A stretch of 64,000 nucleotides of DNA from assembly GCA_049513255.1 (NCBI GenBank), contig JBEKWH010000006.1:80890-144889 (forward strand), given 5' to 3'. The translations under genes were made by a program, and so were the position numbers. Below the pieces are notes generated by a model. That model made no database searches and was not told the DNA's origin. It worked only from the letters and a program-made list of their open reading frames with translations. The DNA is from Solirubrobacteraceae bacterium. GTDB lineage: Bacteria > Actinomycetota > Thermoleophilia > Solirubrobacterales > Solirubrobacteraceae. This document shows, one piece after another, positions 1 through 9,436 of this stretch; the stretch's first letter is position 1, and each line of letters begins with the position of its first letter.

Positions 1-284
1 CGGTCGTCGCTGAGTCGTCCGACGCGCTCCACAAGGACCGCGACGGACACGCTCTCGACAGAGTCGAGGTTTATCGAGGATCGGCGGGGGATCGGATCGC
101 CGTCGGGCTCCAGGACTACCTCGCTGGCCAAGCCGCGAACGGTGGTCGTGCACGGCGCGACCAGCGCGCGCCTCAGTCGCGGGATGGCCGCATCACGCGA
201 CAGCACAACGACAGGCCGCCGCCCGATCTCCGGCAACTCACACCACCACACCTCTCCCCTCGCGGGAATAGGGCCACCGCTCAC
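1..284 (-). CDS. mazF: MazF/PemK-family endoribonuclease toxin (MazF5/Rv1942c-like), runs off the window edge
   Basis: Not in the ORF track; translated by hand from GTG at 284: [81 protein letters not shown]... It has the PemK RGEVWW and RPVVVLS motifs and a GTGA overlap with the antitoxin stop. Confidence 0.92.
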   Translation of the reverse strand, partial: MSGGPIPARGEVWWCELPEIGRRPVVVLSRDAAIPRLRRALVAPCTTTVRGLASEVVLEPDGDPIPRRSSINLDSVESVSVAVLVERVGRLSDD

Positions 285-517
285 GATGCCGCGGCCGCCT
301 CTCGAAACGACGCCAGATCGCCCCACGCATCGGGCTCCCCGAGTGGCTGCTCATCGTAGACCGCGTATGCAGCGTCGATCTCGGCCGCACGATGGCGGTC
401 CAAGAGCGCCGCGAGCGCCTGGTCGAGGACCGCGGCATCTGGCAACGGCGCGAGTGCCTGCCGGGCGCTCTCCAAGAGCTGTTGGTCGACAGTCGTGCTT
501 ACCCTTGTCCTTGCCAT
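281..517 (-). CDS. mazE: MazE5-like antitoxin (78 aa)
   Basis: [19 protein letters not shown]...[34 protein letters not shown] closely resembles M. tuberculosis MazE5 as I recall it. It lies directly upstream of mazF. The ATG at 517 was chosen over the ORF-track start at 559. Confidence 0.88.
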   Translation of the reverse strand: MARTRVSTTVDQQLLESARQALAPLPDAAVLDQALAALLDRHRAAEIDAAYAVYDEQPLGEPDAWGDLASFREAAAAS

Positions 518-543
518 GCCACTATTATGCCACAGCAATGCCA
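516..543 (-). promoter_or_regulatory. mazEF promoter/operator: three ATGCCA direct repeats at 11-bp period overlapping a CATAAT -10 box; probable leaderless mRNA
   Basis: ATGCCA occurs at 516, 527 and 538. On the minus strand CATAAT (524-529) lies 6 nt before the ATG. Confidence 0.6.
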
Positions 544-557
544 TAATCGCACAGCGC

Positions 558-622
558 ATAGCTGTTCCGGATCGGTTGAGGATGCTGATCCGATTTGGTC
601 AAGATAGCTATTCCGGATCGGT
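558..622. repeat. Imperfect 19-bp direct repeat (18/19 identical) in the divergent mazE / AAA intergenic region
   Basis: ATAGCTGTTCCGGATCGGT at 558-576 and ATAGCTATTCCGGATCGGT at 604-622. Confidence 0.8.
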
Positions 623-640
623 CGGCTATGCTACTCCGAT

Positions 641-1921
641 GTGGTCGGATCTGTTGGCTCGTCGGGGGAGCAGCCTGTGGCGCTGATTGCTCGGGGGATC
701 GAGCATGAGCTGCGCGACATTCTCAGCGTGAGTCGCGCGGCGGCGATCGTCGGTCCGCGGCAGGCTGGCAAGAGCACGCTCGCCAAACAGCTGCAGGCGG
801 CGGGTGTCGTGCCGAACTACTTCAGCCTCGACGACGAAGCGCTGCGCGCCGCGGCGCAGGCGGACCCGGACGGGTTCGCGCTGTCACTCGCGCGTCCGGC
901 GGTGGTCGACGAGATCCAGCGGGCACCGGAGCTGATGCTCGCCATTAAGCAGATCCTCGATCGCGATCACACGCCTGGCCAGTTCCTACTCACCGGCTCG
1001 GCTGACCTGGTCACGGCCAAGGTCGTCGCCGACGCACTTCCAGGTCGGGTGGAGTACGTGAATCTCTGGCCACTGGCTCAGGCCGAGATCGCGGGCAGAA
1101 GAGCCTCGATCATCGACGCACTGCTCAATGAGAGCCCGCCCCAGATCAACGGCGCGCCGAAGGGTCGCGCGGCGAGCGCGGAGGTCGTTCTCGCGGGCGG
1201 CTACCCCGATGCGCGCACCCGCGACCCGCGTCAGCGCACGCGCTACTTCCGGTCCTACGTGCAGAGCATCCTCGGCCGCGATCTACCTGAGATCGGTGAG
1301 GTACGGAGCGATCACTCAAAGCTCGAGCAGCTACTTCGGCTGCTGGCGGCCCGGACGAGTGGCACGGTCAACTACGCGGACCTCGGACGGGAGGTCGCGC
1401 TCGACGACAAGACGGTCAAGGCGCACGCAGAGCTGCTGAGACAGCTTTTCCTGGTGTATCGGCTGCGTCCGTTTTCGAGAAACCTCGGTTCCCGGCAGGT
1501 CAAGACGCCCAAGCTGTTGCTGACTGACACCGGCATGGCCGCCGCGCTAATCGGCGTGGACGCATCCCGCTACTCCGCGCCCGATCAAGGATTCCTTGCG
1601 GGCATGCTGTTCGAGACGTTCGTGCTGATGGAGCTCGTCAAGCAGGCGACGTGGAGCGCCATTCCGGTCGAGCTGTTCTTCTATCGCGACACCGACAAGC
1701 GCGAGGTCGATCTCGTCATCGAGTCTGCATCCGGTGAGGTCGTGGGGATCGAGGCGAAGGCCGCAGCAACCGCCACCGCTTCAGACGCACGCGGTCTGCG
1801 GCTGCTGCGCGACAAGCTCGGTGCGCGCTTCAAGACGGGCATCATCGTCTACTCAGGAGAGCACACCCTGCCGATCGGCGAGCGGATCTGGGCAGTGCCC
1901 ATCTCCGGGCTGTGGCAGTGA
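641..1921 (+). CDS. AAA+ ATPase with DUF4143 C-terminal nuclease-like domain (AAA_14 family)
   Basis: Walker A GPRQAGKST, Walker B VVDEIQR, FLLTGS, GGYP, KTPK, LFETFV and FYR..DKREVDLV are all typical of this family. Confidence 0.9.
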   Translation: MVGSVGSSGEQPVALIARGIEHELRDILSVSRAAAIVGPRQAGKSTLAKQLQAAGVVPNYFSLDDEALRAAAQADPDGFALSLARPAVVDEIQRAPELMLAIKQILDRDHTPGQFLLTGSADLVTAKVVADALPGRVEYVNLWPLAQAEIAGRRASIIDALLNESPPQINGAPKGRAASAEVVLAGGYPDARTRDPRQRTRYFRSYVQSILGRDLPEIGEVRSDHSKLEQLLRLLAARTSGTVNYADLGREVALDDKTVKAHAELLRQLFLVYRLRPFSRNLGSRQVKTPKLLLTDTGMAAALIGVDASRYSAPDQGFLAGMLFETFVLMELVKQATWSAIPVELFFYRDTDKREVDLVIESASGEVVGIEAKAAATATASDARGLRLLRDKLGARFKTGIIVYSGEHTLPIGERIWAVPISGLWQ

Positions 1922-1938
1922 CGCGCAACGTCAGGAAA

Positions 1939-1977
1939 TGGACCCGACCGGACTCGAACCCGGCCTCCTCCGCGCGA
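1939..1977 (-). other. Degenerate tRNA 3'-half fragment (tRNA-Ala-like), possible att-site scar
   Basis: The minus strand reads TCGCGCGGAGGAGGCCGGGTTCGAGTCCGGTCGGGTCCA: a T-loop (GGTTCGAGTCC) plus an acceptor 3' strand ending GGGTCCA. No 5' half or D-arm is visible. Confidence 0.5.
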
Positions 1978-2020
1978 TCCGTAGTTATCACCACCTAGAC
2001 ATGGGGCTGAGCACCCATGA

Positions 2021-3154
<1,134 letters not shown>

Positions 3155-3159
3155 AGACG

Positions 3160-4410
3160 ATGAGAGTGATCTCCGAGCAGCAGCTCGAGCAGGCCCTCGG
3201 GGCGCTGACGGCGGCGGAGCCGCGGGTGGTGGCGAGCGGCAACCACGGCACGCCGCTCGCGCTGCTCGACGCCCTGGAGCGCGCCGTCGAGCGCTACCGG
3301 CTGTTCATGCTCGCCGCCCAGGCGCCGCTGTCCGCGCGCGACGGCGTGATCTTCGAGACGCCGTTCGTCGGCCCTGGGATGCGCGACGCGGGCGAGCGCC
3401 TGGACTACCTGCCGATGCGCCTGTCGCTCGTGCCGCGGCTGTTCGCGACGGTGCGCCCGCCCGACGTCGTGCTGCTGCACACCTCCACCCCGCGCGACGG
3501 GCGCGTGTCGCTGGGGATCGAGGTGAACGTGCTCGTGGCAGCCGTCGAGCACGTCCGCGCGCGCGGCGGCCTGGTGGTCGCGCAGATGAACCCGCGGATG
3601 CCCTACACGTTCGGCGACGGCGAGCTCGACGAAGATCTGATCGACCTTGCGATCGAAGTCGAGCACGAGCTCCCCTCGCCCGCGGTCAGCCCCACGCACG
3701 AGCACACCGACCGCATCGCCGAGCTCGTCGCGGACCTCGTCGAGGACGGCGCCACGCTGCAGCTGGGCATCGGCCAGGTGCCGGACGCGACGCTGCTCGC
3801 GCTCAAGAGCAGGCACGAGCTCGCGATCTGGTCGGAGATGATCAGCGACGGGGTCATGGCGCTCGACCATGCGGGGGCGCTCGAGCCGCGGCGTCCGATC
3901 GTGTGCTCGTTCATGTTCGGCTCGCCCGAGCTCTACAGCTGGGTCGATCAGAACCCGAGGGTGCGGATGACCCGCACGGAGGTCACCAACGACCCTGCGC
4001 GCATCGCCGAGCACTCGGCGATGGTCTCCGTCAACACGGCGATGCAGGTCGACCTCTCAGACCAGGCCGGCGCGAGCCACATCGGCGGACGCCTGTACTC
4101 GGGCTTCGGCGGCCAGCCCGACTTCGTCTCGGGCGCGCTGCACTCGCCGGGCGGACACGCCGTGATCGCGCTGCGCTCCTGGCACGAGCGCAGCGACAGC
4201 TCGACGATCGTGCCGCGGCTCGAGCAGCCGGTCACCTCCTTCCGCCACTCCGCCGTCATCACCGAGCAGGGCTGCGCGCAGATCTTCGGGCGCAGCGACC
4301 GCGCGCAGGCACGGCTGATCATCGAGCAGGCCGCGCACCCCGATGCGCGCGAACAGCTGCGCGACAGCGCGGCCGCGCTCGGCCTGGCGCCACGCGGCGC
4401 AGCTGTGTGA
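3160..4410 (+). CDS. Acetyl-CoA hydrolase/transferase (4-hydroxybutyrate CoA-transferase-like)
   Basis: DGATLQLGIGQVP, SEMISDG, FGGQPDFVSGA and VITEQG motifs. ATG at 3160 is 5 nt after the gap stop. Confidence 0.9.
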   Translation: MRVISEQQLEQALGALTAAEPRVVASGNHGTPLALLDALERAVERYRLFMLAAQAPLSARDGVIFETPFVGPGMRDAGERLDYLPMRLSLVPRLFATVRPPDVVLLHTSTPRDGRVSLGIEVNVLVAAVEHVRARGGLVVAQMNPRMPYTFGDGELDEDLIDLAIEVEHELPSPAVSPTHEHTDRIAELVADLVEDGATLQLGIGQVPDATLLALKSRHELAIWSEMISDGVMALDHAGALEPRRPIVCSFMFGSPELYSWVDQNPRVRMTRTEVTNDPARIAEHSAMVSVNTAMQVDLSDQAGASHIGGRLYSGFGGQPDFVSGALHSPGGHAVIALRSWHERSDSSTIVPRLEQPVTSFRHSAVITEQGCAQIFGRSDRAQARLIIEQAAHPDAREQLRDSAAALGLAPRGAAV

Positions 4411-4452
4411 GCGCCGGCCGGCCGCGCAGCTTTGGGAGCGCCGCGTCGCCGC

Positions 4453-4498
4453 TCAGGTCACGTCGCGGCGGACGATCAGGTCACGTCGCGGCGGACGA
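4453..4498. repeat. Perfect 23-bp tandem duplication of the ABC permease 3' end, including its stop codon
   Basis: TCAGGTCACGTCGCGGCGGACGA at 4453-4475 and again at 4476-4498. Confidence 0.95.
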
Positions 4499-5210
4499 TC
4501 AGCGGCAGGCCGATAAGCGCCAGCACGAGCACCCACGCGACGAGCACGAGCCCGCCCGCGGCGGGCGAGAGCAGGTGCTTGGCGGTGATCCCGATCAGCG
4601 CGTCCTGGGCGCGGGTCGGCGTGAAGCGCCCAACCGACGGCACGAGGCCGAACAGCAGGTTGTCGACGATGAAGCCCCACGCGAGCAGGCCGATGATCGC
4701 GCCCACCTGGTTGCGCACGATCGCGCCGAGCGCGACGCCGATGCCGCCCCACAGCGCGGTGGCGGCGAGCGTGCCCAGCATCAGCAGCGCGACTTCGCCG
4801 CCGCCGAGCGCGAACGAGATGCCGCGCCCGGCGAGGATCGCGTAGCCGAGCGCGAAGCCGACGCCCTCGCCGACGGCGCCAAAGGCGAGCCCGGCGAGCA
4901 GGCCGGCGATGAGCTTCGCGGCGAGCACGCGCGGACGCCCGGCGGTGAACAGGAACGTCGGGCGGATCGTCCCGAAGCGATACTCGCTGGTGATCAGCAG
5001 CACGCCCGCCAGCGCCGAGAAGATGCCCGACAGGCTCGCGAGACTGAGCAGCCCGCGCTGGTCTTCGGCCGTGGACAGGCCGCCGGCGCCGCTCAGCAGC
5101 CCTGTCAGCAGGCCGAACAGCAGGATCAGCGCGATCATCCCGAGCAGCAGGCCGAGCGTCGTGCGCGTCGAGCGCACCTTCAACAGCTCCGCCTTCGTCT
5201 GCGCGATCAC
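4476..5210 (-). CDS. ABC-2 type exporter permease
   Basis: MIAQTKAELLKVRSTRT..., SEYRFGTIRPTF motif and about six hydrophobic segments. GTG at 5210 overlaps the ATPase stop. Confidence 0.88.
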   Translation of the reverse strand: MIAQTKAELLKVRSTRTTLGLLLGMIALILLFGLLTGLLSGAGGLSTAEDQRGLLSLASLSGIFSALAGVLLITSEYRFGTIRPTFLFTAGRPRVLAAKLIAGLLAGLAFGAVGEGVGFALGYAILAGRGISFALGGGEVALLMLGTLAATALWGGIGVALGAIVRNQVGAIIGLLAWGFIVDNLLFGLVPSVGRFTPTRAQDALIGITAKHLLSPAAGGLVLVAWVLVLALIGLPLIVRRDVT

Positions 5211-6103
5211 GGCTGCCCCTCGGCGGTCAGCTCGAGGAAGATCTGCTCCAGCGAGGAGCCTTCGGTGACGAGCTCGTGCAGCGGGATGCCGGCGGCGAAA
5301 GCGACCTCGCCGACGCGTTGACTCGTGGCGCCGTGCACGAGCAGCGCGTGGTCGTTGCTGGTACTCGCCTGCAGTTGCGCCTGCTCCAGGGCCTGCTGCA
5401 GTCGCGCTATGTCGGCGCTGCGCACGCGCACGGCGCCGCCGACGCGCGCCGTCAGCTGCTCGAGCGAGGACTCCACCACGAGCCGCCCGCGGTTGATGAT
5501 CAGCACCTGATCGACCGTCTGCGCGACCTCGGCGAGCACGTGGCTTGAGATCAGCACCGTGCGTCCCTGCGACGCGAACGCCCGCAGGAAGTCGCGCAGC
5601 CAGCGCACTCCCTCGGGATCCAGGCCGTTGGCTGGCTCGTCGAGGATCAGCAGCTCGGGATCGCCCAGCAACGCCGCAGCCAGCCCCAACCGCTGGCGCA
5701 TGCCCAGCGAGTAGCTCTTCACGCGGCGCCTGGCAGCGTCCTGCAGCTCGACCAGGCGCAGCACCTCGTCGGCGCGCGAGTCGGGCAGCTCGGCGGCCAG
5801 CCCGAGCGTGCGCAGGTGGTCGCGGCCCGAGCGCCCGGGATGGAAGTCGGTGGCCTCGAGCACCGCGCCGATCCGCAATGCCGGCTGCTCGAGTTCGGCG
5901 TATGTGTTGTCGAACACGAGCGCGCGTCCGCTCGTCGGCGCCGCGAGACCCAGCAGCATCCGCAGCGTCGTCGTCTTGCCGGCCCCGTTGGGGCCGAGAA
6001 AGCCCGTGATCGTGCCGGCGCCGAGCTCGAACGACAGATCCTCGACGGCCATCAGCTCGCCGAAGCGCTTGCACAGCGACTCGGCGCGAACGACAGGCGT
6101 CAC
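5207..6103 (-). CDS. ABC exporter ATP-binding protein
   Basis: GPNGAGKTT, YSLGMRQR, LILDEPANGLD and SSH motifs. Confidence 0.95.
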   Translation of the reverse strand: MTPVVRAESLCKRFGELMAVEDLSFELGAGTITGFLGPNGAGKTTTLRMLLGLAAPTSGRALVFDNTYAELEQPALRIGAVLEATDFHPGRSGRDHLRTLGLAAELPDSRADEVLRLVELQDAARRRVKSYSLGMRQRLGLAAALLGDPELLILDEPANGLDPEGVRWLRDFLRAFASQGRTVLISSHVLAEVAQTVDQVLIINRGRLVVESSLEQLTARVGGAVRVRSADIARLQQALEQAQLQASTSNDHALLVHGATSQRVGEVAFAAGIPLHELVTEGSSLEQIFLELTAEGQP

Positions 6104-6618
6104 GCGCCCAGACGCTCCCTGACGACGGCCGGCTCGACGCCGAGCGTCGCGAGCAGGCCCGCCGCCGGGTCTGGACGTTGCAGCTCGAGGATCGCCGCAA
6201 GCACGTGCTGGGGGCCCGGGTGACGATGCCCGCGGCGCATGCCCTTGGAGGACTCGCGCAGCACGTTCGCCGCGGACGGCGTCAGGCGCAGGCGTTTATT
6301 GAGCACCGTCCTGATTGTCGGCCGCGCGGGCACGTCGCGGGGATCGCCGGCCGGCAGCGGCGGCACCTCAGGGGGTGCGGCCATGCCGATCGCGACCAGC
6401 GCCTCGCGATCCATCTCATCCAAGGCCGAGCGCGCGCGCTGGGCGTCCGAGCCGACGGCGCCGGCGAGCACGGGATCGTCCAGCAACGCCACGAGCAGAT
6501 GCTCGGTGCCGACCTTGCGGTCGCCGCGGCGCCGCGCTTCCTCGCGCGCCGCGATGTACGTCGACCACGGGTGATACTCCTCACCCGATCGCTGGCGCTT
6601 GGCGGGCTCGCCCATCAC
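6100..6618 (-). CDS. Clp protease N-terminal (ClpN repeat) domain protein
   Basis: AREEARRRGDRKVGTEHLLVALL and a second repeat HPGPQHVLAAIL; no AAA domain. Confidence 0.88.
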   Translation of the reverse strand: MMGEPAKRQRSGEEYHPWSTYIAAREEARRRGDRKVGTEHLLVALLDDPVLAGAVGSDAQRARSALDEMDREALVAIGMAAPPEVPPLPAGDPRDVPARPTIRTVLNKRLRLTPSAANVLRESSKGMRRGHRHPGPQHVLAAILELQRPDPAAGLLATLGVEPAVVRERLGA

Positions 6619-6824
6619 AGCTCCTTTCCGTGCTTGGCGTGCACAGACTGCCGTGTGACGCCGAGCGCGTCACCGATCTGCTGCCACGACCACCCCTGAC
6701 GTCGGGCAACCGCGACCTGGCTGGCCTCGACGCGCTCCGCCAGCCGCCGCAGCGCGAGCGCCGCGCGCAACCCCACCAACGGGTCCTCCGAGGTGACGGC
6801 CGCCGTTATCTCGTCAATGTCCAC
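6615..6824 (-). CDS. Small helix-turn-helix DNA-binding protein
   Basis: ARRQGWSWQQIGDALGVTRQSVHAKH is an HTH typical of actinobacterial HTH-ClpN operons. Confidence 0.88.
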   Translation of the reverse strand: MDIDEITAAVTSEDPLVGLRAALALRRLAERVEASQVAVARRQGWSWQQIGDALGVTRQSVHAKHGKEL

Positions 6825-6826
6825 GC

Positions 6827-6871
6827 TGTCAGCCTAGCCTGACAGTGGGCGGCTGTCAAGACAGACTGACA
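6827..6871 (-). promoter_or_regulatory. SigA-type promoter TTGACA-N17-TAGGCT (leaderless) overlapped by two TGTCA-N8-TGACA palindromic operators
   Basis: Minus strand: -35 TTGACA (6854-6859) and -10 TAGGCT (6831-6836), with the GTG start 6 nt later. Palindromes lie at 6827-6844 and 6854-6871. Confidence 0.75.
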
Positions 6872-6899
6872 CCATATACTTAACGCACCTAAATACAGC

Positions 6900-7144
6900 C
6901 ACGAGTTCAGCGACCGCGCCGAGGCATACATGAATGGCCGTGTGCACACGAACGGGATCCAGAACTTCTGGAGCCTGCTCAAGCGCGGCCCGCGTGGACG
7001 TACGTCAGCGTGGACCCCGAGCACCTGTTCCACTACATCGACAAGCGCTTGTTCACGTTCAACCTGCGCGACCTGACTAACTCCGAGCGCTTCTCGGCCG
7101 TTCTCGCTGCCGTGAGCGGCCAGCGCCTGACCTATGGCGCGGTC
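6900..7144 (+). pseudogene. IS1595-family (ISXO2-like DDE) transposase C-terminal remnant, frameshifted
   Basis: Frame from 6900 reads EAYMNGRVHTNGIQNFWSLLKRG. After a frameshift near 6990-6998 it continues TYVSVDPEHLFHYIDKRLFTFN...RF...L...GQRLTY. The catalytic Glu of N.IE.FW is Gln and the N-terminus is missing. Confidence 0.85.
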
Positions 7145-7221
7145 GCCGGGCAGGATCGGAGGGGACGGTCCGACTGGAGCGGCAGCCGGCGACCGCCACC
7201 GCGCGGCGCAGAAAGGCAGCC

Positions 7222-7428
7222 TCAGCGAGCCGAAGGCATCAGGGCTGGGTCCGCCACAGCTTCGCCGATGATCGGTCGCGTAGCCCAAAGCCCAAGCGTC
7301 TCGCCGGGCTCCCCCCAGGCTATCTGCGCAAGCTCCGCTCGCATCAGCGCGAGCGTAAGCTGCGCTTCCGGCCCGAAGGTGCGGTCGATGTCTATGTCGG
7401 TGCTACTCGGAGCTTCCGCTTGCGTCAT
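7222..7428 (-). CDS. Small hypothetical protein (68 aa) overlapping the proteasome-like gene
   Basis: A strong GGAGG RBS precedes the ATG (GGAGGCCCAAATG). No recognisable domain. Confidence 0.45.
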   Translation of the reverse strand: MTQAEAPSSTDIDIDRTFGPEAQLTLALMRAELAQIAWGEPGETLGLWATRPIIGEAVADPALMPSAR

Positions 7429-8224
7429 TTGGGCCTCCCTCCGGATGGAAAGCGTCGAGCTGCTTCTGAAGCTCTGCGCTGGTGATCGACCGGAACCCGT
7501 CGAACATTAGAGCAAGCCGGTCAAGATCGTCGTTGCTTAGTCGTTTGAGCCCATCTCGGCTAATCACGGCCATCTCCGTGTCACGGCCAACACCGGGGGC
7601 TACCTCTGCCCCGCGCTTGGCGGCGTAAACCCGGAAAAGCGTCTGCTTGTAGTCGGCGGTGGCGCTGTGGACGTAGCCGGCCATCGTCGAGAGCACATGC
7701 GGCGCTCCGATGCCGATCGCAGCCCAGCCGATGGGATCGTGGTTGGTGTTGCCGCCACCAGGATTGCCGTTGGTATGGATATGGGCGCCCGACTCATCGA
7801 CGCCAGCTAGGAGCAACTCCACGCCCAAGTTGAACTGCGAGAGCTGGTTCTCAAGCAGCATGACGACCTGTTCGTTGAGTGCACGGTGCATCCCATGGAA
7901 CGATTCGAGCGAGAGTCCATGCGGGTTTAGGACGGTCTGCGCGGCCCGCCAGGTTCTCGCGGCGGCGTAGCGTTCGCCTAGCGCAACAGCGATGGCGGCA
8001 ATGTGCTCGGGCAAATCATCGGCAGCCGCGTCATTGACGAGCCTCATGCCGTCGAGCGTGTTCCCAGCGACCATGACGGCGGCCTTCGGGGTGAGCTGCA
8101 CCATCTTTGAGCCCGAGTGCTCGAACTCTAGGAAGTCGCCCGCCGTGACCATACGATCGGTCGCAACCACGGCTCGTGGCTCTCCATCCTCCCCCTTGCA
8201 CAAGGCGGCAATACATACGGTCAC
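7403..8224 (-). CDS. Proteasome beta-subunit-like Ntn-hydrolase fold protein
   Basis: N-terminal M-T, ATDRMVT (Asp17-like), GSK (Lys33-like), VAGN, LLLAGVD, AAIGIG and late GVG motifs. An RBS (GGAGGG) lies upstream. Confidence 0.72.
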   Translation of the reverse strand: MTVCIAALCKGEDGEPRAVVATDRMVTAGDFLEFEHSGSKMVQLTPKAAVMVAGNTLDGMRLVNDAAADDLPEHIAAIAVALGERYAAARTWRAAQTVLNPHGLSLESFHGMHRALNEQVVMLLENQLSQFNLGVELLLAGVDESGAHIHTNGNPGGGNTNHDPIGWAAIGIGAPHVLSTMAGYVHSATADYKQTLFRVYAAKRGAEVAPGVGRDTEMAVISRDGLKRLSNDDLDRLALMFDGFRSITSAELQKQLDAFHPEGGPNDASGSSE

Positions 8225-8402
8225 GCAGTCCCTCCCCGATCGGTGTCATGCGCGCATTCTCCGCGCGCGGCGCTCAGATCATAATGGTTGGAACTTCGGC
8301 CGTGGTGTTCCCGACTAGCGGCCTTCCCCGCGTTCGATCTCTTCGGGAGCTGTTTGAGCGTCGCCCCGTAGACGCGCAGCATGGCCAGGACCTGGACACG
8401 GC

Positions 8403-9410
8403 CTATTTCGTGTTCGGAGGCCTCGGCGTCTGAACGAGCTGGCGCGTCAGCGCATCGAATCGAACGAACTCGTCGTTCTTCGCGGTAGTCCTTGCCGACG
8501 CGTTACGCAGCGGCGGCTGTGACGCTGCCTGTTCGGCGTGCCACTGCTCGTCCCATTCGCGACGCTCGTCCTGCGCCTCGTCCGTCATCAGGGCCTCCCA
8601 TACGTAATCGCTGCTGAGGATGACGCCGACCCCGTAGCGGCTGGGCAAACCCTCGGGATTGGCGTCCTCGTCGGTGTAGTGCGCCGTGAAAAGGCCTGCA
8701 AACGTCGCCGTCCATGCAAGCGCGCGCAAGGTCGGTGGCGTACCATTACGCGCCTGCAATGGCCGGTCGGAAGCAACGGCCGTATCCGTGGCATACAGGG
8801 TCTGGACGAAGCATGGCGAGCCGCTGAACCCGTCATATGAGCGACAGTCAAGAAGGTGCCCGGTATAGCGGTAGGTGTGGGTGTCGTATGTTTTCTCGAT
8901 CGGCACTTCAAGGTTCCCGATGTTCCCGGCTCGCGCCATAGGCACATCGTGGAGAGGCGCGAAGATTCCGATGTAGTAGACGATCGCGCCCAGCATTGGG
9001 ACCACGCCGTGGGGGAGGATTTCGTCGATACGCACGGCCTGGAAGCGCCTCGCCAGATCATTCGGGTAGGGCGCAACCGCAAGATCAACCTCGGGGAGAG
9101 GCTGACGCCAGCCCCGCACTGGCACCGGCTCCGAAAGCTCGTGCGGCGCAAGCGGGTCGGGCACTTCGACCGCCAGCTCCACCTGGTTGCGGACATTGTG
9201 ATCTGCCGTGAGCAAGTACGGCCACCATCTGCCCCGCCGCCCCGGGGTTGGCGGGCTGGGCGCGCTAATGATGAACGCCGTACCCCGCAGTTCGCCCGCG
9301 CTCGTGAGTCGCACGGCCGCGTTGAGTGCCTCGGCTTCTAGCGGCATCGCACCGGGCTGCTGAACACGCCATCGGGGGAGATCGCACAGGCTGCACCCAT
9401 TCGCGCGCAT
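8403..9410 (-). CDS. Trypsin-like serine protease (no signal peptide or PDZ domain); start may be 9347
   Basis: Catalytic triad motifs YLLTADH, VDLAV and GFSGSPCF. Confidence 0.8.
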   Translation of the reverse strand: MRANGCSLCDLPRWRVQQPGAMPLEAEALNAAVRLTSAGELRGTAFIISAPSPPTPGRRGRWWPYLLTADHNVRNQVELAVEVPDPLAPHELSEPVPVRGWRQPLPEVDLAVAPYPNDLARRFQAVRIDEILPHGVVPMLGAIVYYIGIFAPLHDVPMARAGNIGNLEVPIEKTYDTHTYRYTGHLLDCRSYDGFSGSPCFVQTLYATDTAVASDRPLQARNGTPPTLRALAWTATFAGLFTAHYTDEDANPEGLPSRYGVGVILSSDYVWEALMTDEAQDERREWDEQWHAEQAASQPPLRNASARTTAKNDEFVRFDALTRQLVQTPRPPNTK

Positions 9411-9436
9411 GCTACCGCCCTCCTTCCGACACGTCT

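Noticed and set aside
6872-7510. Active IS1595 transposase, or a real 166-aa CDS at 7010-7510
   Set aside because: The N-terminal zinc-ribbon/HTH and first DDE residues are missing, and there is a frameshift and an E-to-Q change. The track ORF is read-through of the remnant.
7403-8224. True prcB or hslV
   Set aside because: No propeptide, no prcA/arc/pup or hslU nearby, the conserved Ser is replaced, and the context is mobile.
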